This document shows positions 9,760 to 22,100 of a DNA stretch of 64,000 bases, one piece after another. The number at the start of each line of letters is the position of its first letter. The stretch's first letter is position 1. Under the pieces are notes generated by a model, which had not been told where the DNA came from, made no database searches, and saw only the letters and a program-made list of their open reading frames with translations. Made by a program: the position numbers and the translations under genes. This stretch comes from an uncultured Planctomycetaceae bacterium (lineage in GTDB: Bacteria; Planctomycetota; Planctomycetia; Planctomycetales; Planctomycetaceae), in assembly GCA_963813715.1 (NCBI GenBank), contig CAWFAK010000016.1:96001-160000 (forward strand), written 5' to 3'.

Positions 9760-12700
9760 TTACTGCGGCGGAATCAACAGCACCGACGCAACCTTGGCCA
9801 GCGTCCCCTTGAGCGGGTCGGCCGCGCGGAGGGCGAACCGCTGCTTGCCCGCCTTGAGCGGCACCTTGCCGATTTCGACCGGGAAGAAGGTCGTCCAGTT
9901 CTTGCCAGTGCCTTCCACGCGCGAGGTGATCCGCTTGTCGGGCGAGTCGAACTGGAACGAATTGCCCGCCGACTCGTTGTGACAGGAGTACATCACGCTG
10001 ACGGTGTAGAGCCCGGGCTTTTGGATGTCGACCGTCCACGCGGCCGAGTCGTTGGGGCTGTGCCATTCGGCGAGCACCGGCTCGTCGCGCCGCTTCTCCA
10101 GCACGAGCGTGTTGCCATAGATCTCGCAATTCGAGGCGTCGAGCGAGAGCGTGCCGTCGGGTTGCGCCGTGACGAGCGCCGGCTGGTTGCCCGGGAAGAC
10201 TTTGCGGCTGGGCCCGGTCGACCCGATATAGGCCATGATGTCGGCCAGGTCCTGCGGCTTGACGTCCTTTTCGAGTCCTTCGGGCATCAGCGATTTGCCC
10301 GTGCTGGCGAGCATTTCCAATTCGCCGCGGAGCAACGTGGTTTGTTTGCCCTCCTGCTGCAACAGGGTGATACTGCTGCCCGTTTCGGCCGCCAGGATGC
10401 CCGTGTATTGCCGCCCCTGCGTGGTGACGGCCGAGTAGACGTCGTACTTCTGCTCGACGGCCCGGTTGGGATCGAGAATGGCGACGATCAGGGCCTGTGG
10501 CGACTTGTCGGTGAGCGCGACCAGGTCCGGGCCGATCGAGTGGCCCACGCTGTTGAGTCGATGGCAGATCGTGCAGGTCTTCTCGAATCGCTCGCGGCCA
10601 TGCTTCGGATCGGCCGACAGCGTGAGGGCCGATTGATACTTGCGGATGACCGCCAGGCGGTCGGCATCGACCGAGTGCAGAATCTTCTTCGCCCGATCGG
10701 CCAGCGCGTGGTTCTTGAGCGCCATCAGCCGCTGGCTCCGCGGCACGTCGACTTCGCCGCCGCGGATTTCCTTCTTCTCGATTCGATCCAAGAGCGCGGA
10801 CGTCCATTCGTCGCGGACCAGGAGCACGTCGAGAATGCTCGACCGCAGCGCCGGGCTGACGCCCCGCCAGCGTCCGAGCAACGTGTTGGCGACCTGCGGC
10901 TGCGGCAGTTTGCCGAGCGCCGCAACGATTCCCTCCTGCAGCGACGCCGGCGTTTGCGGCGACAGCAGTTCGCCCAACGCGTCGACATCCGCCGAGTCGT
11001 GCGGAGTCAGGCCGCGGCCCAGAATTTGAACGGCGGCCAGTCGCGAGTCGAGCGGTGCCGTGCTCATCGGCCGAAGTCGTCCGTGCGGCATCCGCGACGT
11101 GCTGCAACTGTTGCAGGAGCGCCGGGCCGCGACCCGACAGGCGGGTGGCGAACTGCCCGATGCCCACGTGCTGCCGGTCGAGACCGTCGAGCAGCGCGGC
11201 GACGGCGGACAAGTCGGCCGCACTGTAAGCACCCTGCGCGGACGGGGACATCGAGCCGATGAATTCTTCGACGACCGCGTCGTTGCCATACGCGGTCGCC
11301 ATCGTCATCAGGTTGCGATACAGCTCAGGCGGCGGCGTCGAGCCCTTGGACGAATGCGCCACCGTGGCGGCGACCCGCGCCAGGTTGCCCTTGGTGATCG
11401 AGCTCATCGCGGCGGCAAACAAATACGGTTCCTGCTGATTGGCCAGGGCGAAGCGGCCGATCGCGTCGCCCGACTGCGGATCGTCCCACTCGCCCAGCGT
11501 GCAGGCGACTTGCAGGCGAACCTGCGGATCTTCGTCGCCGATCAGCTCCGCAATCTTCGGGCCCAGCTCGGGGGCCGACTTGAGCAGACCTTCGCACAAC
11601 CGCACGGCGTTACGGCGAACGCCCGGGTGTTTGTCGTGTAGAGCCGTTTCGAGAAGTGCCGGCGTGAGCCCGCCCAAGCCATCGAGCGTGCAGAGAGCCT
11701 GCAAGCGCGTCTCGGGCCGGGAGTTTTCGCTCGCCATCTTCGTCAGCGCGGGGATGACCGATTTGTCGCCGCGTTCGACGAGCATGAACTGCACCAAATC
11801 TCGCTGCCATCCGCCGGGACTGTCGAGCGCGTCGACCAGTTCGCTCGGCGTCATCTTGGCGAGATTTGGCCAGGGCCGGGCCGGCTTATCTTCGGGCACG
11901 ATACGATAGATGCGGCCCATGTTGTCTCCGGCGCGGGGATTGATGCGGGCCAGCCGATCAGCCGTGATCCATTTCGGGTGCTCGATGATCATGCGATACA
12001 TGTCGACGACCCACAGCGCGCCGTCGGGACCATTCTTGACGTCGACCGGCCGCGACCAGTTGTCGGCCGACGCATAAAACTCCGAGTTCAGCTCGCTCGG
12101 CGCGCGGAAGCCGGCGAACGTTGCCCCCAGCGGCTTGAGCACGCGGCGAGTCAGCAGATCGTGGACGGGCTCGCACATGAAGGCGTTGCCCCGATACTCC
12201 TCGCCGAGCAAATCGTCCCGATAAATCACGGGGCTGCACGCCGAAGTGACGCGGTTCGCGCTCTCCGGATGGTTGAAACGCCGCAGCGTGCGGCTGATCG
12301 GGTAGAGGTGGTCCGGATCTTCCTTCGGCACCATCACGACCGGCTCGGGCGGCGCGACGAACGGGTTGCGGCTGACGTAGCGATCCTGCAGCGGCGTGTT
12401 GAGCAACAGCTCGCTGTTCTGATTGGAGAAGTAGTTGCCCCAGTCGTCGCGGGTGCGTCCCTGCTGCGTGCCGCCGCCGCTCTCCAACTCGAACAGGTGC
12501 CGATCGGGATCCATGCGGAAGTCGCGGATGCCCAGCTTGACTTCGAGTCCCGGCTTGTCGGGGCAATGAACCGTGCCGCCGAGCAGCCCGTTGGCGCCGT
12601 GAACCCAGTTGTCGAGACCGTAACTCAGGCTGTTCATGCGGGCCTGCCAGTTGCGGGAATCGAAGCCGGTGAAGACCACTTTGCGGATGTCGGCCTTGCC

Positions 12701-13207
12701 GTCGCCGTCGGTGTCCTCGGCATAAATGATGTCGGGAGCCGCGCAGACCAGCACCCCCTTCTTCCAGACGGTGATGCCGTTGGGAAAGTGGACGTGGTCG
12801 AGAAAGACGGTCGACTTGTCGAACTTGCCGTCGCCGTGCGTGCTCTCGAGCAGACGCACGCGGCCGGCCGGCTGGTAGTCGCCTTTGACGCCGTAGGGGT
12901 AGTCGTACATTTCGGCCACCCAGAGCTTGCCGTCCGGTCCGAAATCGATGGCCACGGGCGAAGAGATCAACGGCTCGGCCGCGACCAGTTCGACCTTCAG
13001 CCCCTTGGGGACGTGAATCGCCTTGAGCGATTGCTCGGGCGTCATCGCCGGCGGGAAATCGTCGCGCGGAGCAGCCTTTGCCCGACCGCCAACGATCGTG
13101 GCGAGCAGGGCCAACCCAAACAGGCTGGCGCGCCAGCGACGTTTCGCGGAGATCGTCACGAGTGAGGGAGCGGTGGGCGAGGCGGGGACCGAGGTCGGGG
13201 AAGTCAT
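9760..13207 (-). CDS. PVC-type membrane-bound dehydrogenase-like protein (beta-propeller, HEAT repeats, CxxCH cytochrome c, C-terminal CBM-like domain), frameshift near 11070
   Basis: ELVAAEPLISSPVAIDFGPDGKLWVAEMYDYP, GPDGALWVVDMYR, CTICH, IGPDL, ILDPN, SLMPEGLEK. Confidence 0.9.
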
Positions 13208-13454
13208 GGCGGTTCTTGCGTCTCGAGAAGTCAAAGTTGCGCGAAGGACGCGGCACGGCGCGTCCGAGCGGCCGGGGCAGGAGCCGGGAAATTCAGTCTA
13301 AATCGTCGCCGGAAATTGTGCGACAGAGCGGGCCTCCTCACGCCGATTCGAGGGAAATCGCGCCGGCTCGATTTCGGTACAAACTGGCGGCACGTGGAGA
13401 GTCGATCGTTGCCGGCAGTCGTGATAGAGTGCCGATGCAGATTGCCATCGCGTA

Positions 13455-13493
13455 ATGTTTGACTGCGTCATGTTTGACTGTGTCATGTTTGAC
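13455..13493. repeat. 15-bp tandem repeat (about 2.6 copies) in a divergent promoter region
   Basis: ATGTTTGACTGCGTC ATGTTTGACTGTGTC ATGTTTGAC. Confidence 0.85.
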
Positions 13494-13549
13494 GCGCGTG
13501 CTTCTCGCCTTCGCTTGATCGACCTCGAAACAATCCTGAGAGATCAGCC

Positions 13550-13939
13550 ATGCCGCGACCCGTGCACTTCGAGATTCACGCCGCCGACCCCCAGCGGGCC
13601 ATCGCGTTTTATTCGTCGATGTTCGGCTGGGAGTTTCAGCAGTGGCCGGGACCGATGGAGTATTGGATCGTGAAGACCGGTCCCGACAATCAGCCGGGCA
13701 TCAACGGCGGCCTCATTCGCCGACAAGGGGGCGAGCCGCTCGACATGGCGGCCGTCAACGCCTACGTCTGCACGATCGACGTCGCGAATATCGACGAGTC
13801 GATCAAACAGGCCCAGACCGCCAAGGCGACGCCCGCGGTCCCCAAGATGGCCATCCCCGGCGTCGGCTGGCTCTGCTACTTCAAAGACACCGAAGGCAAC
13901 ATCTTCGGCATGATGCAAAATGATCCAGCGGCGAAGTAG
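13550..13939 (+). CDS. VOC / glyoxalase family protein
   Basis: VHFEIHAADPQRAIAFY...FGW, GINGGL, IPGVGWLCYFKDTEGNIFG. Confidence 0.93.
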   Translation: MPRPVHFEIHAADPQRAIAFYSSMFGWEFQQWPGPMEYWIVKTGPDNQPGINGGLIRRQGGEPLDMAAVNAYVCTIDVANIDESIKQAQTAKATPAVPKMAIPGVGWLCYFKDTEGNIFGMMQNDPAAK

Positions 13940-14207
13940 CAACGCGGATGCACGCGGGCGTGAAGAGCTGGTGTCCCTTCGGCCGCAATACGGCCTCTTC
14001 ACACCCTACGCCGCCGCACCGCGTGTCTCTTGAAACGCCGAAATCGTCGATAAACCGGACTTCTGACAGCCCTTGCGACTTTCGGTCACAGCCCCCGCTC
14101 CGGGTACAATCGCGGCATGAGCGACAGTGAGTTTTTCGCGTTATACGCGCCGCGAAATGACGCCCTTCTAGGATGACGGCATTCAAAACGAACGCGGAGG
14201 GGTCGCC

Positions 14208-14618
14208 ATGAAACGAGTTCTCCTATCCCCCATCCTTGGCGGTGCGATTGGCGCAGTCGTGGGTTTTGTCGGATTGTTCGTTACCTGTGCGATTCACGAG
14301 ATTTTTTTCTCAATTGACCCGGTGGTGGGGTTTCATCTCGACAGCTTGGGCTGGGAACTCCTGATGTTCTTCGGAGGGGGTGGCGGCGCAGTCATTGGCG
14401 TCATTTCTGGAATGGTGTATTGCCTCTATCACCCCGACCTGCCGTGGGGATTCCCTAAGCGTCACGAGGACTCTCGGTCTCCCAGCCTCGCACAAACCGT
14501 CTCTAGGACTTTTGGTGCCGCCAACCGGCTTTCTGACAACGCTCGGCGCTTGCCCCGGGGCTTCTTTGGAGGCCCAACGGGCCGAATTCCTCTAGCCCAG
14601 GTCGCAAGCGCAGCGTAG
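14208..14618 (+). CDS. Hypothetical membrane protein, lower GC
   Basis: GGAGG upstream of ATG; two hydrophobic segments; C-terminus uncertain. Confidence 0.5.
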   Translation: MKRVLLSPILGGAIGAVVGFVGLFVTCAIHEIFFSIDPVVGFHLDSLGWELLMFFGGGGGAVIGVISGMVYCLYHPDLPWGFPKRHEDSRSPSLAQTVSRTFGAANRLSDNARRLPRGFFGGPTGRIPLAQVASAA

Positions 14619-14649
14619 GCCTCGGGATCTTAAGCCACCCATCAATCCG

Positions 14650-14686
14650 TCTTCTCTTCTCTTCTCTGCTCTTCTCTTCTCTCCCC
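14650..14686. repeat. (CTTCT)n pentamer microsatellite
   Basis: TCTTCTCTTCTCTTCTCTGCTCTTCTCTTCTCTCCCC. Confidence 0.8.
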
Positions 14687-14794
14687 TTGCGGAGGCTTTG
14701 CACAAAAACGCCCGTTTGCACAATAACTCGCATGCGGCTGGACAGAAAGCCGATTGGCACGGGAGTATTACGCGGCGACTGGCGAACCTCCAGC

Positions 14795-14974
14795 TCATGA
14801 GATCACCTGATCAACGTGCAGGGCCTCTTTGAGTCGGTGCGTTCCGATGAAGATGTGTTCCAGATATGCCACAGCGAGGAGCAGGAATGGTGCGATCAGG
14901 ATGCAACATGCGACCATCAACACCGGTCCAATCACACGGACGAATGAAGTGGATTTTGGGTGTTCGTCGCTCAT
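14795..14974 (-). CDS. 59-aa single-TM hypothetical protein
   Basis: MSDEHPKSTSFVRVIGPVLMVACCILIAPFLLLAVAYLEHIFIGTHRLKEALHVDQVIS*; not in the ORF track. Confidence 0.45.
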   Translation of the reverse strand: MSDEHPKSTSFVRVIGPVLMVACCILIAPFLLLAVAYLEHIFIGTHRLKEALHVDQVIS

Positions 14975-15359
14975 GCCGTCATTCTAGCGGACTTCGTAGA
15001 AGACGCAGCGCACGAAGCAGTTTAAACGTCCCGGCGTCCGCCTGAGAATTGGCGACGCTGTGGCGGCGCGGAAGAAAAGAGTGTCGCCCCTGCCGGGGCT
15101 TCTCACAATGCTGTGCGATTTTGCCTCCGTAATTTCTGCCCGTGCGACAAGCGGACACGAGAGCCGCCGCGTAGAAAATCGATCTTGTTCAAAACGAGGT
15201 TTTGTGGCTGAATAAAAATAGCGACGTGTTTCGCGGCCGAATGCGATGCGCGCCGTTCGCGCGACGGCAGAAGCCATGCGCGCGTGGCCCACGGAGATCG
15301 TTGAACGCGAGTGCGTTTCGGTGACGCCGAGCGTGCGCGCGAGCGAACGTGATTGCCGG

Positions 15360-16225
15360 TCAAGGCGCGACCGGACTGGGACCGAGACACGAATGGACCG
15401 GGACCGGGACACGTTGGTTGCAGGCGCGTCTAGATCACGGTGCCCAGGCGGGACTTCTTTCGACATCTCTCGAATTACAGCGTTCGCGTGCTTGATCGCC
15501 CTGGGTGAGGTGGGCAGTGCAAGAGGCATAGGCTTCACCGCATGTGATTGCGCTTCCGTTAGTGCCATCGGGACGGGACACGTTGTTTTATCGAGCATTT
15601 CCCGGCAATCTCGACATCGCCCACTCGGCTGTCGTCGTCCTGACGCGATGCGATTCCCGTGGGCGGAAATCCGGTCCGGACACATTCTCAACGGGACGGG
15701 ACTGGCGACAAACCCGGGCGGCTCGTTCCGTAGGGCGAGCTGCCAGCTTGCCCGCTCCGGTCCCCGATTCCGAAGCCCAATGAAACATGGGACAAGGGGA
15801 CAAGCTGGCAGCTGTCCTACGGAGCTGGTTTCCGGCGATCGCGGCATGCGATCCCGCGACTTGCGCAACTCGGTTGCGGTCAAAACTTGCCCGCTGGGGG
15901 TCATGGATCCCCGGCGGGAACGAAAAGGCTCCCCGCCGGTGGTGGGGAGCCTTTTTCACATAGGGGGGAAAAGGATCCCCGGCAGCCTTGGGGCGTTATG
16001 CCCGCCCCGTCCACTGGGGCGGGATGGGCCAGGGAACTGGGACGGGACGGAGGTGGCCGATCGCCTGCCGGCGAAGCCGGCGGGCTCATCCGAGGCGACG
16101 GGCACGGTGGGACAAGTGGACCCGCCGGGACAACAAAAAGTGGTCCCGCCGTGACGGTACCATCACATTTAATATAAGGGGGGCGCCCAAAAGTGGTCCC
16201 ACCGCGCAGCGGGGCGTGGGACACC
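15360..16225. other. Non-coding GGGAC-repeat element, copy A (origin-like)
   Basis: Many GGGAC(GGGAC) motifs; 47-nt block 15938-15984 is 44/47 identical to the reverse complement of 56930-56976. Confidence 0.6.
15728..15822. repeat. GTAG-family REP pair (REPIN-like) inside copy A
   Basis: CCGTAGGGCGAGCTGCCAGCTTGCCC ... GGGACAAGCTGGCAGCTGTCCTACGG. Confidence 0.8.
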
Positions 16226-16916
16226 GCGAGGTAGCATGCCCTAGATCGTGTCCGTGAGACCGTTCAGGAATTGTGATTGGAGTTGGGTGCCAAAGCTGAG
16301 CGTGCTCAGCCGTGCTTTCAGCGCCTGGTCTATGGCAAACGTTGCATCGGCGCAAGCGTGTCGCTTGATAGCGACCCTGAAACGCACGGCTGAGACGAAA
16401 CGCCGTGGCACCCGATCGGATTCCCGAGCGGTCTCAGGTCGTCTCCGTGTTTGGATCACGGCTTTCCTGGCTTGGCACGCGAATCAGAGGTCGATCGTGG
16501 TGAATTCGGCGAGCGCCAGGTCGTGTGCACGGCCGGCTGCGGCCGCCTTCGCCGGATCGGAAAAAACGACGCGCCCGCACCCGTCCGAATCGGTCTGAAT
16601 GACCAGATACGGACCGTCACCGTAGCAGTGATACACGGAATACGTGTGGGATCCGCCGAACTCAATCGATTCTGTGGGGAAACTGGGAGTGGCGTGGCAG
16701 GTCATGTGAAGGGTTCCGATTCGAGTCCGAAGCCGCCGTAAATACAGGGCCGCGTGAGCGATTCGCGCATGCCGTCATTGTAGCGTCTTGCTCAAAGGTA
16801 CTCATTCGGGAAAGTGGGGAGAGAGGCTAAACTGCGTGACGGAGCCCCATTACGGAGCGCGAGGTCCTTAATCGGAGCCGTCGCCCTCCTAACCCCGCGC
16901 TCGGGAAAGGCTGCGG

Positions 16917-18012
16917 TCAATCATCCGAGCGGGCGGTGGTAATGACGGGGATGGCGTGCCCTGAGCGGGGCGTCCGGCCGGCGTCGTACACTGCCGCGAC
17001 GTCGGACAGGACCCAGTCGACCACGCGCCAGTCCATCCAACGGTTGTCGGGATCGGGGCCTTTGCGGCCGATGTAGCCGAGGTGTCCGCCGTGCGCCGTC
17101 CGGTGCAGTAGAACCGTTTCCGGGAGCGTGAGCCCCTCGAATGCGGCGACGGGAATCATCGGGTCGTCTTCGGCCACCAGGACCAGCGTCGGCCGACGGA
17201 TCTTGGAGAGGTGCGGCCGCGAGCTGCTGGTGCTGTAATAGTTTTCCGCCGTGCCGAAGCCGCAAACGGGCCCGGTGTAGACATCGTCGAATTCGATCAG
17301 CGTCTTCAAGCGGCGTTTGCTCGCGAGGGGCGGCAGCTCGGGCCGCAGCCGGCGGTTGACGCCGAATCTGCCGGCAGAGCGAAGTGACGAAGTAGCGCTC
17401 ATAACGGCTCCGAACCGGTCCCAAGAACGAGTGGGCGCACAGCCCCAGGTCGACGGCCGGGCAGACGGCGACGGCTTTTTCGACATTGATCGGCACGCGC
17501 TGGGGCGATTCTCCCAGCAATTTGAGGACGATGTTGCCCGACAGCGAGAAGCCGACGACGGTGACCGGCGATCCGGGGCAAAGCGTTTGCAAGAGCTCGA
17601 GGGCGGCCCGTGCGTCGTCCGAGCGGCCGCCGTGATAGAGCTGCGTCGCCAGGCCGGCGCCGGCCCCGCAGCCTCGCAGATCCATGCGAAAGGTCCGCAC
17701 GCCGCGGCGCACGAGCTTGCGGGCCAGCCGCTGCATGTAGTTGCTTTGGTGATTGCCCGCCAGGCCATGCAACAGGAGCGCGGTCCGGTCCCTGGCTCGC
17801 CAGTCGTCGGGAACGTCCTCGTGCAGAACGACGGCGTCGCCGTCCGGCAGCGGCACGTAATGTTGGGCCGCCCGTTCGACGAAACGGCCGCCCGGCAGGT
17901 AGGCGCCGGCCAGAGTCTGGGCGTGCCCGTTGCGAAGCAGCGGATGCGGCCTGAATTCTGGAATGTCGAAGCGGATTGTCATCGGCGGATCCGAGAACGG
18001 GAAATGGGCCAA
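16917..18012 (-). CDS. YheT-family alpha/beta hydrolase, frameshift near 17350
   Basis: NGHAQT, LHGLAG, DLRGCG, GFSLSGN nucleophile motif, DDPMIP, GGHLGY. Confidence 0.88.
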
Positions 18013-18032
18013 CCCGGATCACGACTTTCGGC

Positions 18033-18944
18033 TCAGAGAATATCGTCGTCGGACGGCGGGACGGTGCGGCGCTTGACCAGCGTCACCTCGTTCCCTTTTT
18101 CGTTGAAATGAACTTCGTCCATGAACGTGCGCATGAGCAGCAACCCTCGGCCGCAAGGGCGCTCGAGATTGGCCGGATCGGTCGCGTCGGGCAGGGTGCT
18201 GGGGTCAAAGCCGGGCCCCTCGTCGCGGATGACGAAGCGGCACTCGTCATCGGTCAGCAGCGATTCGACATAAATCCGACGGTCGGAATACGGCTTTTCG
18301 CGGGCCCGCTGCCGGGAAAGTTCGTAGTAGGCGTTGTGATCGCTCTCGCGGAGCTCGGAGCTGATTTCCAGATTGCCGTGGTAGTACGAGTTGAGTAGCG
18401 CCTCTTCGAGGGCCACGCCGACGCGGAGGCAATCGGTATCGTCGCAAAACCGCATGCGGGTCATCGCCTGCTGCACGTAGTTGACGACCGAGGGGACGAG
18501 CGAGGAATCTGTCTCGAGGACAAAGACGGTTTCGTGCCGGTGGACCCGGTGCATGAGCCGGGATTCGGAGCGGTCGAGGTCGGACGCGCTTAGCACGCGC
18601 TCGACGGTTTCCCGCAGCTCCTGGCTCAAACGCCGCTTGGGAACGTAGCTCGCCGCCCCAGCCCGAAGGGCCTGCACGGCAATTTCTTCGCTGCCCTGCG
18701 CGGTCATCAGCACGACGGGGATGAGCGGGTATTCCTCCTTGACGGCCGTCACCAGCTGCAGGCCGTTCATTTCCGGCATCTGCATATCGGTGAGGACGAG
18801 GTCCGGAATGTGGCTCTCGATTTCGGCCATCGCCTCTTTGCCGTTGACGGCGTAGATCACCGTCCAATCGGGATTCTTATCGAGAATTCCGCCGACGAGA
18901 CGCCGATCCATGGCCGAATCGTCGACTACGAGCAGGGTTGCCAT
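18033..18944 (-). CDS. Response regulator with RsbW-like HATPase output domain
   Basis: LLVVDDS...LTDMQMPEMNG receiver; ALEEALLNSYYHGN, DEGPGFDP, GRGLLLMRTFMD. Confidence 0.9.
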   Translation of the reverse strand: MATLLVVDDSAMDRRLVGGILDKNPDWTVIYAVNGKEAMAEIESHIPDLVLTDMQMPEMNGLQLVTAVKEEYPLIPVVLMTAQGSEEIAVQALRAGAASYVPKRRLSQELRETVERVLSASDLDRSESRLMHRVHRHETVFVLETDSSLVPSVVNYVQQAMTRMRFCDDTDCLRVGVALEEALLNSYYHGNLEISSELRESDHNAYYELSRQRAREKPYSDRRIYVESLLTDDECRFVIRDEGPGFDPSTLPDATDPANLERPCGRGLLLMRTFMDEVHFNEKGNEVTLVKRRTVPPSDDDIL

Positions 18945-19114
18945 TGGGCTGCTTTCGCTGGGTTGCCGCAATCAAGTCGTGTCCGAGCGACCGTCGTTTC
19001 GCGACCGGCGATCCGGGCCGGTCGTGGGAGCTCCGTGAGGTTCAAAGAGTACCAATCGGCCGTGGCAGAACACCCGACATTCGAGTTCCGAAATCCTCCG
19101 AGCGCCTTACAGGT

Positions 19115-22100
19115 TTAGCGTGTCTGGGGCGCGCTGGCAAAGGATTTCGCTTCGGAAAGGATTTGATCGAGTTGCGATTCGAGCCGCGCCACGTGGGCCG
19201 GCGCTCGCGACAGGTCGCCGCTACGGCCGATTTCCTCCAGCTCACCTGCCGATTGAGCGGCCAACTCGATCCCGAGGGTCCGCAGCGCCCCTTTGAGCGT
19301 GTGAGCGCCGCGCCTGAGGCGATTGGCGTCGCCCGCCGCCAGAGCCTGCCGGATCTCTTCCGACAGAGTCGGCCCCTCGATGAGGAAGGCGGCCACCACT
19401 TCACCCAGGAGTTCGCGGTCTCCATCTACGACAGCGATGGCCGAATCCCAGTCGATGGCCGCGGTCCCGATTGCCGGCGATTCGGGCAGCGGAGGCGCCG
19501 CCGCGCGGCGCGGCATTCTGGGCGGGCGCGACGGCACTCGCTGGGGCGATGGGCGCGGTCGGCTGCCGACCGGCGAACAGGGTCTCGATCTTGTCGTAAA
19601 TTTCGCGCGCCGAACCGGCTTCACCAGGTAATCGTCCATGCCGACCGAGAGGCACCGCTCGCGCATGCCCTTCACGGCCTGCGCCGTCATGGCGATGATC
19701 GGCACTCGTCGGCCCGTCTCTTGTTCCGCGCGCGGATCCGTTTGGTCGCCTCGAGCCCGTCCATCTCGGGCATCTGGATATCCATAAAGATCAGGTCGAA
19801 ATCGCGCCCGGCTGCCAGCGCGACCGCTTCGTGCCCGTTGTTGGCCACCGTCAACTCGTGGCCCCGCTTGCCCAGGACGCCGGCCGCCAGCTTCTGATTG
19901 AAGGGGCTGTCTTCCGCCAACAGGATCTTGAGCCCGCTGACTCGGTAGACGGGCCGCGAGTCGTCGCCATCGTCGGCCCGCACGACGGTTCCGTTCTCGT
20001 CCTCGCGGACCAGCAGGGCGAGCAGCGTGTCGAACAGCTCCGAGTGGTCGATGGGCTTGTTGACGTAGGCTGCCGCGCCGATCTCGTCGCAGCGGGCCAC
20101 GTCCGACGCCCGGTCGACCGAGTGCAACAGCATGATCGTCGGACCGACGCGGCCGGCTCCTTCGCGGCGCAGCCAGTCCGCGAACGCGAAGCCGTCCGAT
20201 CCGGGCATGTGCGCGTCGATGAGGGCGACGGCGAAGGGCTGCTCACGCGACGAATGGCGTTCGACCAGTTCCTGCGCGGCGTGGGCGTTGCCGACAATCC
20301 GCGGCTGCATGCCCCACGATTTGAGGCAGTTCTCCAGCGCGACGCGGCTGGCGGGGTTATCGTCGACGACCAGCACGCGGAGGTCCTGCAAATCGCGCCG
20401 TTCGCCCCCGGGCCTGGCCGCCAGCGCCGTCTCCTCGGACGCGACCACTCCAAACCGACCCGTCGCATGAAATGTGGTGCCACCCGCGAGATTGTTCTCG
20501 AACCAGATGCGGCCACCGATCAGTTCGACCAGCCGAGCGCAGATCGCCAGACCCAATCCCGTGCCGCCATATTTGCGGCGCGCGAGCCGTCGGCCTGCTC
20601 GAATGCCAGGAAGACGCTTTCCCGTTTTTCCTGCGGGATGCCGATCCCCGTGTCGGAGACGGCCAGGTGCAGGAGCACGGTGGCCTGCTCGCGGGCGTCG
20701 ACCGAGAGGCGGACGACGACGTCACCCTGCTCCGTGAACTTGATCGCGTTGCCGACGAGGTTGACGAGGATCTGCCGCAGCCGCGTGGGGTCGCCGACCA
20801 CGCGATTGGGAACGGTCGGCTCGACGTTGAGGACCAACTCGATCCCCCGCTTGTGGGCGGCGACGGCCAGCGACTTCAGGATGCCCGCCACGGTGTCTCG
20901 CAGGCCGAACTCGACGTGCTCGATGTCGAGCTTGCCCGCCTCGATTTTGGAGAAGTCCAGGACGTTGTTGATCAGCGACAGGAGCGATTCGGCCGATTCC
21001 TGCACGACCGTCAAATAATCGCGTTGCTCGGTACTCACCGACGTGTCGAGCAAGAGCTCGGTCATGCCCAGGATGGCATTCATCGGTGTGCGAATCTCGT
21101 GGCTGATATTGGCCACGAACGCGCTCTTGGCACGGTTCGCCTGGTCGGCGGCTTCCTTGGCCCGCATCAGCTGGGCCTCCGCTTCTTTCTGCGTCGAGAT
21201 GTCGAGCGCGAAGCACAGGCAGCGGTCGCGGCTGCCCTTGAGCACGGCCAGGCCGTTGAGCACGTGCACGCGGGAGCCGTCCTTGCGGATCAGCTCCTTT
21301 TCCCACGGAGGCGACGCTCCCGTCGTGATGAGCTGTTCGATTCCCTGCCGGTCGAGCCAGGCATACTCCGGCGCGGTGAGCTTGTCCCAGCGGAGCAGGC
21401 CCGCATTAAAGTCGTCCCGCGAATAGCCGACCAGGTCGAGAAACGCATCGTTCGTCTCGGTGATCGATCCGTCCTGGTGCACCATCAGGATGCCCATGAC
21501 GTTCGAGCGGGTCAGGCTGCGAAAGCGGGCGTCGCTGGCTCGCAGCGCTTCCTCGGCCCGCTTGCGCCGAGACGTCCCAGAACATTCCTTGAATGCCGAC
21601 GACGTTGCCGTGCGCGTCGTAGACGGGCGACTTGAGCACCTGCACATAAATGGTTTCGCCGTGGGGCTGGCGGTGCTCTTCCACGTCCTCGAAAACCCGC
21701 CGCGACGAAATGACCCGCGCGTCGTCCCGGCGATATTTCTCCGCGAGGTGCCGCGGAAACAGGTCGTAGTCGGTCTTGCCCTCGAGCTGCTCCCAGGGGA
21801 GGCCGATTTCGTTGAGATAGTTTTGATTCGCGTAGACCAGCCGCCCCTCGAGGTCCTTGCGGAACATGTGCAGCGGCAGGCTCTCGACCAGCGACCGGTA
21901 GCGGGCCTCCGAGTGCCGCAGATCGTCGTCCGCCCGCTTGCGACCCACCGCATAGCGCACGGCATGCTCGAGGACGCTCGGCTTGAGGTCGTTGCGAATC
22001 AGGTAATCCTGGGCCCCTTGCTGGAGCGATTCGATCGCGGCGTCCTCGTGCGCGAGGTCCGACAAGGCCACCACGGCGACGCCAGGAGCCTGCTGCGCGA

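Noticed and set aside
8858..13234. 1458-aa fusion of a dehydrogenase-like protein with RmlD
   Set aside because: Artefact of a frameshift near 11070; the true C-terminus (CTICH) is in another frame ending at 9760 and the RmlD-like gene starts at 9745
13909..13920. CATGATGCAAAA as a partner for the recombinase site
   Set aside because: Matches one arm only and lies within MMQN codons of the VOC gene
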